Assembly: GCA_032123335.1 (NCBI GenBank)
Contig: JAQBFN010000031.1
Location: 1 to 16,332 of the forward strand
Direction of reading: 5' to 3'
Source of the DNA: Candidatus Micrarchaeota archaeon
GTDB lineage: Archaea > Micrarchaeota > Micrarchaeia > Anstonellales > Bilamarchaeaceae
DNA: 16,332 bases
Made by a program: the position numbers and the translations under genes. Below are positions 6,916 through 14,276 of this stretch, in pieces. Position 1 is the first letter of the stretch. The number at the start of each line of letters is the position of its first letter. The notes beneath the pieces were generated by a model. It saw only the letters and a program-made list of their open reading frames with translations, did no database searches and was not told where the DNA came from.

Positions 6916-8459
6916 GAAAGAATCTCCTCCACAATCTCCTCAGCCACAAACTTTTTCATGTCTTCATACCCTTGCCCCACACCCACATACAGGATAGGGA
7001 GGTTCGCAACCCTTGAGACCGAGATTACTGTTCCGCCTTTTGCATCGCAGTCCAGCTTTGTGAGTATCACTCCATCCAGCCCGATATCTGCATTGAACCT
7101 GGAAATCTGCTCCACCATTGCGTTTCCCGCAATGCTTTCCCCCACGTAAATCTTCAGGTCCGGCTTGATTACCCTATCCATTTTCTTGAGCTGGTTCAGG
7201 AGGTTTATGTTTGTTTCCTGCCTTCCGGCAGTATCAATAAGCACGATATCTATCTTGTTGGATCTTGCATAATTCACAGCATCAAATGAGATGGATGCAG
7301 GGTCTGCCCCATAGGCTCCATGTATAACTTTGACCCCAAGCTTTTCCCCGTGGTGCACAAGCTGCTCAACCGCTGCTGCCCTGAACGTATCAGATGCCGC
7401 AACGCAAACGCTGTGCCCGTTTTTCTGCAGAAGAGTAACTATTTTCGCAATCGTTGTGGTTTTCCCTGCCCCATTCGGCCCCACAACCATAATCTTGTAC
7501 GGCTTCTCGCTTCCTTCCATCCTTTCCGAGAATTCAAATCCCGGAGTTTCCTTAAACATATTCAGCAGGATGTCCCTTAGGCTATCCCTCACAAATACTG
7601 CAGTCTGCCCCCTCTTTACTTTTGCCCCAAGAATCCGCTTTCTCAATTCCTCCTTTATCTCTTCAGCAACAGAAAGCGCAACATCGCTTTCCAGCATCCC
7701 CAATTCCAGTTCATCCAGGAGCTCAATAACCTCTTCTTCCCTGACTTCGCTTTCCCCGGTAATGGTTTCGGTTACTGCTGCAAAAAGCCCCTTCTTTACT
7801 TTCTTTTTGAGCTCCGCATCCCTTTCCTTTGCCTTCTCTTCTTTTGGAGGCTCAACCTTTTCGGGTTTTTCAGGCTCCGCTTTTTTCTCTTCAATTATAG
7901 GTTCCGGTTCCTCAACTTCTTCTTCCTTTGGAACCTCTTCAACAATAGGCTTCTTTTCCTCTTTTTTAGGCCCCAGAATCCTTTCAAATAGCCCCTTCTT
8001 TTTTTCTTCCTTAGGCTTCTCAGGAGGTTCAGGAATTTCTTTTTTCTCCTCCAGCTTCTTTTCCGGTTTTTTCTCAGGAGGCTTCTCAACTTCCTTAAGC
8101 TCTTCCTTCGGCACTTCAGCAGGTTTTTCCAGTTCCTCCTTTTCTTCTTTAGGCTCCAGAGGCTTCTCTTTCACAGGAGCAGGCTCAGCCTTCTTTACTT
8201 CCGGTTTTGGTTCTTCCTTTTTGGGAGGAGCTTTCTTTTCCTCCTTTTTAGGCCCAACCGTTTCTTCTTTCTTTGGAGCCTCTTTAGGTTTTTCAGTAAC
8301 TTTCTTTTTTTCCGGAGGCTCCTCTTTGGGCGCCTCCTTCTTTTCAACAGGTTTCCCAACAATCTTTTCCTCTTTAGGCCCAGCCGGTTTCTCCTCCTCT
8401 TTTTTGCCCGAAAGCTTGTCTACAAAACCAGAAATCTTCTTTTTGAGGAGGCCAAACAC
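6912..8459 (-). CDS. ftsY: Signal recognition particle receptor FtsY with long Lys/Glu/Pro-rich N-terminal region
   Basis: GPNGAGKTTTIAK, DTFRAAAVEQL, DTAGRQ, TKLDCDAKGG and GVGQGYEDM motifs. GTG start with SD GGTGA at 8467-8471. Canonical position after pfdA. Confidence 0.98.
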   Translation of the reverse strand: MFGLLKKKISGFVDKLSGKKEEEKPAGPKEEKIVGKPVEKKEAPKEEPPEKKKVTEKPKEAPKKEETVGPKKEEKKAPPKKEEPKPEVKKAEPAPVKEKPLEPKEEKEELEKPAEVPKEELKEVEKPPEKKPEKKLEEKKEIPEPPEKPKEEKKKGLFERILGPKKEEKKPIVEEVPKEEEVEEPEPIIEEKKAEPEKPEKVEPPKEEKAKERDAELKKKVKKGLFAAVTETITGESEVREEEVIELLDELELGMLESDVALSVAEEIKEELRKRILGAKVKRGQTAVFVRDSLRDILLNMFKETPGFEFSERMEGSEKPYKIMVVGPNGAGKTTTIAKIVTLLQKNGHSVCVAASDTFRAAAVEQLVHHGEKLGVKVIHGAYGADPASISFDAVNYARSNKIDIVLIDTAGRQETNINLLNQLKKMDRVIKPDLKIYVGESIAGNAMVEQISRFNADIGLDGVILTKLDCDAKGGTVISVSRVANLPILYVGVGQGYEDMKKFVAEEIVEEILS

Positions 8460-8466
8460 TAAGAGC

Positions 8467-8850
8467 TCACCCTTGCTGGAGTTTCCTGAATGCAGATTCG
8501 AGCTTTACCATTTCATTATCGACCTTTCCCAGCTCGTCCCTCATCCTTTTCACTGCTTTCTCAGTAAGCTCAATCCTCTTTGAAACTTCTGCGGAAGCCC
8601 CTTTGATAGTGTATTCCTGTGAATATCCCGACCCAATGGGTATGATCACTTTCTCCCCTTCAAGCTTTGCCTTTACAAACGCCCCGCCCCCAATGGGAAC
8701 AAGCCCTTCGCTATCCTTAAGCTCCTTGATTGTGAGGATAGAGTTGTTCAGCTCCATAAGCGAGATCATGAGCTTTTCCAGCTCCCTTTCAATGGCCTGC
8801 TTCTGCTGGCCGTACATCCTTGCATTTGCAAGAATTTCTTCCTGCTTCAT
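8467..8850 (-). CDS. pfdA: Prefoldin subunit alpha
   Basis: Coiled coil, then LVPIGGGAFVKA...VIIPIGSGYSQE beta-hairpins, then coiled coil. Conserved synteny between rpl18a and ftsY. Confidence 0.96.
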   Translation of the reverse strand: MKQEEILANARMYGQQKQAIERELEKLMISLMELNNSILTIKELKDSEGLVPIGGGAFVKAKLEGEKVIIPIGSGYSQEYTIKGASAEVSKRIELTEKAVKRMRDELGKVDNEMVKLESAFRKLQQG

Positions 8851-9026
8851 TATGCCACCTTGGCAATTTCAGCAATCTTTACGTTGGTCCTCTTTACTCC
8901 ATTCTGCGCCCCGAAAAGAGAGTAAACAAGTTCTTTCGCATGAGACTCGCTCTTCGCTTCAATCTCCTTCGTAAATGCCCTCTTCTCAGAACCAATCTTC
9001 ATCTCTCCGCTTATCTTAAACTTCAT
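8850..9026 (-). CDS. rpl18a: 50S ribosomal protein L18Ae/LX (eL20)
   Basis: Not in ORF track (58 aa): MKFKISGEMKIGSEKRAFTKEIEAKSESHAKELVYSLFGAQNGVKRTNVKIAEIAKVA*. SD AGGTGA upstream, TAATG overlap with pfdA, canonical synteny. Confidence 0.95.
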   Translation of the reverse strand: MKFKISGEMKIGSEKRAFTKEIEAKSESHAKELVYSLFGAQNGVKRTNVKIAEIAKVA

Positions 9027-9045
9027 TTCATCACCTAGTAATCAT

Positions 9046-9717
9046 TCAATCAATCAATCCAAGCGCTTCCTCTACTCTCCCAAGCTCAAAAGAGCTTGTT
9101 GCTTCCCCCGCAAAGTATCCCTTGTCCGTTGCAAGCAGGCCGATGCCCACAAACCCTGTCCCCGTATTCACGGAGCCCGGAAGCCCCTTTGCCTTGAGCA
9201 CATCACCCATCTCCGCAAGCTCCCTTTCGCTTGCAGCATAATGCGTTATGAACCCTTTGTTGTTTGCAACGCAAAGCGAGCCCATTGCAGTAAACCCTGC
9301 AACGCTGAAGGGCACCAGTTCTATTCCCAGGCACCCTTCCATCTCAATCCTTTCCTTCTGCTTTACGCATGGGTTCACAAGCCCGCCCATATCATTCAGG
9401 CAGATGTTGTTCCCGTGCGCGTTCATCTTTTCCCTGGAAACATAAACTGCAAGCCCTGTTTCTTTTTCCAGGAGCGCCACTTCCTCTTTGGAAGCAAGCG
9501 AAGGGAGCACAATCCCATTATCGTTCATTGCAACATACATCCCGTTCAGGTTGTATGCCTGCACATTAATCCTGATTCCTTCCGTGCCCAGGCTTGAACA
9601 TATGTTCTCCACCAGGCTATCCTTTGCATCTATTGGGAAAAGCGTGTGCTTTCCGTTCGTGCAGAAAAACAGCCCGATGAACGGGTTGCCGAAATACGCG
9701 GCCCGCCTGTACGCCAT
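9046..9717 (-). CDS. eif6: Translation initiation factor 6 (aIF6)
   Basis: GNPFIGLF, NDNGIVLP, GNNICLND, GSLCVANNKG, GSVNTG and TSSFELGRVEEALG motifs. Lies between rpl31e and rpl18a. Confidence 0.95.
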   Translation of the reverse strand: MAYRRAAYFGNPFIGLFFCTNGKHTLFPIDAKDSLVENICSSLGTEGIRINVQAYNLNGMYVAMNDNGIVLPSLASKEEVALLEKETGLAVYVSREKMNAHGNNICLNDMGGLVNPCVKQKERIEMEGCLGIELVPFSVAGFTAMGSLCVANNKGFITHYAASERELAEMGDVLKAKGLPGSVNTGTGFVGIGLLATDKGYFAGEATSSFELGRVEEALGLID

Positions 9718-9719
9718 CT

Positions 9720-10232
9720 TTATTCCTTCTTTTCGGGAGCCTCTGCCTTAACCTCAGGCTTTTCTTCCTTTGGTGCCCCAGCAGGTTTTTCCGGTTCCTT
9801 CTTTTCCTCAGCTTTTGGCTCAGGAGGCTTCGCTTCAGGCTTAGGTTCTTCTTTTACCGGAGCAGGCTCAGCCTTCTTCTCTTTTGGCTTCGCATCTTCT
9901 TTCTTTTCGTCCGCTTTCGGAGACTCTCCCTTCTTCGCCTTAGGCGTCTCAAGCTTTTTCTCCTCAACCTTCTCATCAAGGAGCGAAACAACAACCCTGT
10001 CACCGCTCTTCACGGCCCTTACCTTGATTTTCCTGGGAGGCTTTTGTATCCCTCTCTTCCAGATAAGGCTGTTCACCCCTTCGCTTATTGCAACATCAGC
10101 CTCTTCAGCTTTCATGTGCCTGGAGATAAAGCTCCTGAGTATTTTCACTGCCTTCCTGCTCCTCTTATTGCGGGGAGGGCTATTGTAGGCTGCCCTGAAC
10201 GGGACAACATAAATTCTCTCGAGGTCTGCCAT
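9720..10232 (-). CDS. rpl31e: 50S ribosomal protein L31e (eL31) with ~85-aa Lys/Glu/Pro-rich C-terminal extension
   Basis: ERIYVVPFR...KRSRKAVKILRSFISRHMK...VNSLIWKRGIQKPPRKIKVRA. ATG at 10230-10232 preferred over the track's GTG at 10241. Confidence 0.96.
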   Translation of the reverse strand: MADLERIYVVPFRAAYNSPPRNKRSRKAVKILRSFISRHMKAEEADVAISEGVNSLIWKRGIQKPPRKIKVRAVKSGDRVVVSLLDEKVEEKKLETPKAKKGESPKADEKKEDAKPKEKKAEPAPVKEEPKPEAKPPEPKAEEKKEPEKPAGAPKEEKPEVKAEAPEKKE

Positions 10233-10233
10233 G

Positions 10234-10398
10234 TTAATCACTAATGTATCCGATCTTCTCGGTTCTCCAGTTCCTGCTCTGGTTGTTCCACATTACCTTT
10301 CTCTTCGTCCTTACGGTTACAAAGACAGGCATCCTTTTGTTCTGCTTGGTCTTCTTCCCGAGTCTTTTCTTTTTGTCCGAGCTTTTGTGCTTGCTCAT
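10234..10398 (-). CDS. rpl39e: 50S ribosomal protein L39e (eL39)
   Basis: Not in ORF track (54 aa): MSKHKSSDKKKRLGKKTKQNKRMPVFVTVRTKRKVMWNNQSRNWRTEKIGYISD*. SD AGGTGG at 10404-10409. Confidence 0.96.
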   Translation of the reverse strand: MSKHKSSDKKKRLGKKTKQNKRMPVFVTVRTKRKVMWNNQSRNWRTEKIGYISD

Positions 10399-10408
10399 TA
10401 AAACCACC

Positions 10409-10708
10409 TTATTTGAACGTTATTTTCGTTTCCCTCTGGCTTCCCTTTATCGCCTTCAGGAGGGCAATCAGCTCCTTTTCCGAGAGCTTTCTTCCAGCTT
10501 TTTGGTATAGGTTGAATACCTGGTTCGCGGCCATCCCATAAAGCTGCGAATTCGCCAGCTTCACATTCATGAGCCGCTCATATGCATTTTCGCTGAGCGC
10601 CATCCGAAGCAGGCTTTTTACCTGCCCCTCCTTTCTTTTCGCTTCAGCTTCCTGCTGGTACTGCGTGTGCTCTTCTGCCTCCCCGAGGCTTTCAGACAAA
10701 AGCTTCAC
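10409..10708 (-). CDS. PDCD5-family DNA-binding protein
   Basis: LLRMALSENAYERLMNVKLAN...KLSEKELIALLKAI...RETKITFK, in the canonical position between rps19e and rpl39e. Start is GTG 10708 or TTG 10699, the latter having GGGTGA 5 nt upstream. Confidence 0.93.
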   Translation of the reverse strand: MKLLSESLGEAEEHTQYQQEAEAKRKEGQVKSLLRMALSENAYERLMNVKLANSQLYGMAANQVFNLYQKAGRKLSEKELIALLKAIKGSQRETKITFK

Positions 10709-11115
10709 CCGTTGAGTTCGCTCGCGGTCTTGTCCAGGAGGGACATTCCCTTTGCGGTGAGCTTCCTTCCCTTAGAGATCTTTTCCATAAGGCCTGCTCC
10801 CTCCAGTGCCTGGAATGCCTTCCTTATGGTTGAGCCTCCCGCCGGAACGTGCTTCCCGGGCCGTACTCCCCGATTTTTCCTCCCGCCGTAGTGCCTCCTC
10901 ATCGCATGCACACCCACAGTGCTGTTCACGTAGGCCTGCCTCATGAGCGAAGCGCACCTCACATACCAGAAGCCCTCATCCTGAGGGGGCCTGTCAGCAT
11001 GCGACCCGCTCTTCACAAGCCCAACAAAATCCGGCTTTGGGATGCCCATTTTCTTGAGCTTCTCCGCCGTTTTTTCTATGAGCGCATTTGCATCAGCATC
11101 ATATACCCTAACCAT
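10705..11115 (-). CDS. rps19e: 30S ribosomal protein S19e (eS19)
   Basis: VKSGSHADRPP, WYVRCASLMR, YGGRKNRGVRP, IRKAFQALEGAGL and GRKLTAKGMSLLD motifs. SD AGGTGA at 11120-11125. Confidence 0.98.
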   Translation of the reverse strand: MVRVYDADANALIEKTAEKLKKMGIPKPDFVGLVKSGSHADRPPQDEGFWYVRCASLMRQAYVNSTVGVHAMRRHYGGRKNRGVRPGKHVPAGGSTIRKAFQALEGAGLMEKISKGRKLTAKGMSLLDKTASELNG

Positions 11116-11182
11116 ATTTTCACCTGTTTTTGTTGCTTTTTCAATAAAAAGCTGGATACTTAGGTTCCAATATTTAGGTTAC

Positions 11183-11200
11183 TTATATATTTAAATGTTT
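11183..11200 (-). promoter_or_regulatory. TATA region of the rps19e operon promoter
   Basis: Minus strand AAACATTTAAATATATAA in the 108-nt intergenic gap, about 70-85 nt upstream of the rps19e ATG. Confidence 0.6.
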
Positions 11201-11223
11201 GTAATTGGCCCAACCGGCAAGAA

Positions 11224-12375
11224 TTACCGGGATTTCCCACTCTTGCTGTAGTGCCAGAACATCCAGAGCGAGGCAACCAGGAACACCATGATAATCTCAT
11301 TTGAGGGCAGCAGATAGTGGGTTACCCCAGTTTCCTCCAGCTCCGGCTCCCCTGGCCTGTAGTACTCTTCACTTCCCGCAGGCTCCCCGGTTTCGCTTAT
11401 TCCCTGCCGGGTAGTTTTCCTGCTCAGTATCTCCCGGGCATAGGTGTGCTCCCCCAAGAAGAAATCCGTAACCGTGATGTTCATCCAGTGCGGGCCCCAC
11501 CCCTCATAGGTATGGTTCACCTCATAGAGATGCGAAAAAGGGTTATCCTCCTTCACCACCGGGTTGGCCCAATAGGAAATCTCATAATTCTCCATGCTCG
11601 CATTAGTGAAGTCCTGGGTCTCATTTGCGATTATGTGCCATGCGCCCATCGGGTCCTCAAGCACGCTGAAATCATAGATGCGCGCATAGGCAGTTTCGTT
11701 CCCATCCATGCTTATTTCTGCTTTGTATATGCTTTTCCTGGAGAAAACAAGGGTATCGAAATGGTTGTTCTGGTACCACTGCTCCCCAAGCACGGGCCGC
11801 ACAAGGAAGAAGCTTGCCTGCCCAGGCTCTAGGAGGAATTCGTTTTTGTCATAGACAATTATTGAGCTTTCATAGGTTATCGTTCCGTTTCCAACCGGGC
11901 AGTCATATGCATAAAAATAATCCCCTTCCAGAGTAATAGTCAGGTTTTCTGTGCCATTTGCAGTTCCAAGCAGGGCATCATCAAATGGGATTTCAATTAT
12001 CGGATTTACACCAGAAAGGTTTACTCCCATAGTTTCGTTCCTGAATTCAAAATACATATTTGCTTGCAGTGAGTGGTTGGAAATTGAACAGGAATATCCA
12101 CTGATGTTTATTTCTTCCTCATAGTCTTCCTTCCAAGCCCAGAGAACTCCTTCTGCATCTGGAGGGATGCGGTTATCCACTGCAGGCAAGATAGTTATGA
12201 TTTTTGCCCCTGCCCCGGTGCTATAGCTTCCAATACTAACGTTGATATTCGCATTTCCCATCAGTTCCGAAGCATTTAGGTTCTGGTTGTGCTGCACTAC
12301 CTCTTCCACCGGAGGGTCTTCCAAAGCAATGCAAAACCCAAGAATAAGCAGGAGGAGAAAGATCTCCCTAATCAT
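11224..12375 (-). CDS. Hypothetical secreted, C-terminally anchored cell-surface glycoprotein
   Basis: Signal-like N-terminus MIREIFLLLLILGFCIA, C-terminal TM IIMVFLVASLWMFW plus basic tail KSGKSR, acidic composition, 14 N-x-S/T sequons counted by eye. Confidence 0.85.
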   Translation of the reverse strand: MIREIFLLLLILGFCIALEDPPVEEVVQHNQNLNASELMGNANINVSIGSYSTGAGAKIITILPAVDNRIPPDAEGVLWAWKEDYEEEINISGYSCSISNHSLQANMYFEFRNETMGVNLSGVNPIIEIPFDDALLGTANGTENLTITLEGDYFYAYDCPVGNGTITYESSIIVYDKNEFLLEPGQASFFLVRPVLGEQWYQNNHFDTLVFSRKSIYKAEISMDGNETAYARIYDFSVLEDPMGAWHIIANETQDFTNASMENYEISYWANPVVKEDNPFSHLYEVNHTYEGWGPHWMNITVTDFFLGEHTYAREILSRKTTRQGISETGEPAGSEEYYRPGEPELEETGVTHYLLPSNEIIMVFLVASLWMFWHYSKSGKSR

Positions 12376-14276
12376 AAAATCTCTTCCAGCTGGTCTATGG
12401 GGACAAGTTTCAGCAGATCGTTGCTCTTCTTTATTTCAAGCCTGGCCCGCTCTGCTCCCTTGAGGGCACTCATGAACCTCCTCAGGTCCTCCTCCCCATC
12501 GAACACAAGGATAAGCTTCTTTTTCAGGTCAGCATATTCCGCGGAAATAATCGCGGACCCAATATCAAATCCATTCTTCGTTTCCTTGAACCTTACCCCG
12601 TTCTTTACAATGATGTCGCGGACTTCACGCATAAGCACGTTCGTCTTTACGTCTCCCCACCCGCCCAGCTGGTAGTAGTCCCCATACCTCTCCACAATTC
12701 CTTTCCCCTCAAGTGATTTGAGTATTGCTTCCAGGTCCCCATCCAGCACATCAGCCCCATCAGTTACATTCTTCCTTACGCTGTATGCAAGTTCACTGAG
12801 CTTGATTGGGACATGCTCCCATCCGAACTTGGTTTGCACGTGCTCAAAGCATTCGGTTATATCCTCCACGGTTACTTCCAGGATGTTCCTTTCCTTTCTC
12901 GCAAGCGCCTCTATCTTGATTGTGTAGCCCGGCTTTTTCCTCATGCTCGCAAGCACATAAATTACGATGATGAATACAAGGATAAATGGCCCCCACCTGA
13001 GGTAGGTTTCTATCGTTCCCGCCTGCTCCCTGGTATAAATGATATCTTCCTTGTATTCAAGGTACTGCACCCTGAACACATTCTTCCCACCCTGGAGCTT
13101 TTCTGCAACAGTAACATACCCATCTATAATCGGGTATTTCTTTGCTTCCTCATTATTTACGGATACGTACATGTCCCCGCTCTTGAGTGGTTCCCCATCC
13201 ACTGTTACCGTGAACACAGTCCGTATATCGTATGTTCCCTCCCTCATTATCTCAATGCCCTTCACATGGATGTATGTGGACCCGAGCATCCCCGAGCTGT
13301 CATACACCTTTACGATGTAGTCCCCCGGCTCCTCAAACTCATAGGTGTAGTAGAATGCCTTTTCCACCCCAATCCTCCCAAGGTCCTCGGAAAGAAGAAT
13401 AACCCCGTTCTTTTCCACAGTGTAGAATGCCTTCCCGGTTGTGTTTGCAATGGTAAACGAAACAGCTGCCCGGTCCCAGGGATACACCTCCCCGTCCGTT
13501 TCCATGTTCACGGGCTCCATTGGAAGCAGCCCTGTTGAATCCACCCCCATTTTCTGCCCTGCATGGTACACCAACCTGAGGTACCCGGTTTCCTCAAGCG
13601 GCACAAAGAGACTCCTTTCCGCATTAAAATTCTCAAATACGTGCTCAGCTTCAGAAACCACTGCCCACCTGTTTTCCAGCAGCTCCCTCTTGAACCCCTC
13701 AACCAGCGCAGGGTCATCCATAAACTCGTCCAGGGTATACTCCTTTATGATAATTTTCTCCTTGGTTATATCATCCAGCTGAGTATACCAGTAGTCTTTC
13801 CTGAGGCTGCTGGCCATCTTCAAATCCGTTTTCCCGATATAGATAAGCGTATTGAACGTGCCAGTAGAGCCAATCGTGTTCAATATATAGTCTGGTATCG
13901 CACCCGTAGGAACAATAAGTATCGAATCCCTCACATTCCGGACATCACTCCTCCCTATCACTTCCACAGTCATCCCGTATTCCTGCAGGGTGTCCATCTC
14001 ATCCATGAAAGCATTGAAGGATTCCATCCCGATTCCGGTTTCGCTCAAAACATAAATCCTGTCCCTGGGTTCCTCATCCAATCCAAAGAGCGTTATGTTC
14101 CCAGTTCCATTCGCATTATACAAGTAGTATCCGAAATCCCCCGCCCTTCCCTCTGAAATAATTTCCACATACCCCCGGTCCACTGCTTCCTCCTGAAAAG
14201 TAAATATCGTAATTACAAAAGTGGCTGCAAGCACCAGAAGCACTACAGCTATGATGGTCAGGACTACCTTCTTCAT
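12372..14276 (-). CDS. Hypothetical membrane protein: N-terminal TM, large extracellular region, second TM, ~190-aa cytoplasmic domain
   Basis: MKKVVLTIIAVVLLVLAATFVITIF, Ig/PKD-like FEEPGDYIVKVYD, second TM WGPFILVFIIVIYVLA followed by RKK. ATGA overlaps at both ends. Confidence 0.87.
   Translation of the reverse strand: MKKVVLTIIAVVLLVLAATFVITIFTFQEEAVDRGYVEIISEGRAGDFGYYLYNANGTGNITLFGLDEEPRDRIYVLSETGIGMESFNAFMDEMDTLQEYGMTVEVIGRSDVRNVRDSILIVPTGAIPDYILNTIGSTGTFNTLIYIGKTDLKMASSLRKDYWYTQLDDITKEKIIIKEYTLDEFMDDPALVEGFKRELLENRWAVVSEAEHVFENFNAERSLFVPLEETGYLRLVYHAGQKMGVDSTGLLPMEPVNMETDGEVYPWDRAAVSFTIANTTGKAFYTVEKNGVILLSEDLGRIGVEKAFYYTYEFEEPGDYIVKVYDSSGMLGSTYIHVKGIEIMREGTYDIRTVFTVTVDGEPLKSGDMYVSVNNEEAKKYPIIDGYVTVAEKLQGGKNVFRVQYLEYKEDIIYTREQAGTIETYLRWGPFILVFIIVIYVLASMRKKPGYTIKIEALARKERNILEVTVEDITECFEHVQTKFGWEHVPIKLSELAYSVRKNVTDGADVLDGDLEAILKSLEGKGIVERYGDYYQLGGWGDVKTNVLMREVRDIIVKNGVRFKETKNGFDIGSAIISAEYADLKKKLILVFDGEEDLRRFMSALKGAERARLEIKKSNDLLKLVPIDQLEEIL

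Noticed and set aside
7900..8400. Repetitive DNA as a possible CRISPR or tandem array
   Set aside because: No constant repeat-spacer period. Explained by low-complexity coding sequence of FtsY.
7330..8583. 417-aa plus-strand ORF rich in Ser/Phe/Gly
   Set aside because: Antisense shadow of ftsY. Reverse complements of Lys/Glu/Pro codons give Phe/Ser/Gly and few stops.
9046..9059. TCAA tandem repeat (TCAATCAATCAATC) at the end of eif6
   Set aside because: Only about 3.5 copies of a 4-mer, encoding the normal L-I-D-stop. No sign of phase variation.
9646..10188. 180-aa plus-strand ORF
   Set aside because: Antisense shadow of the K/E/P-rich rpl31e.
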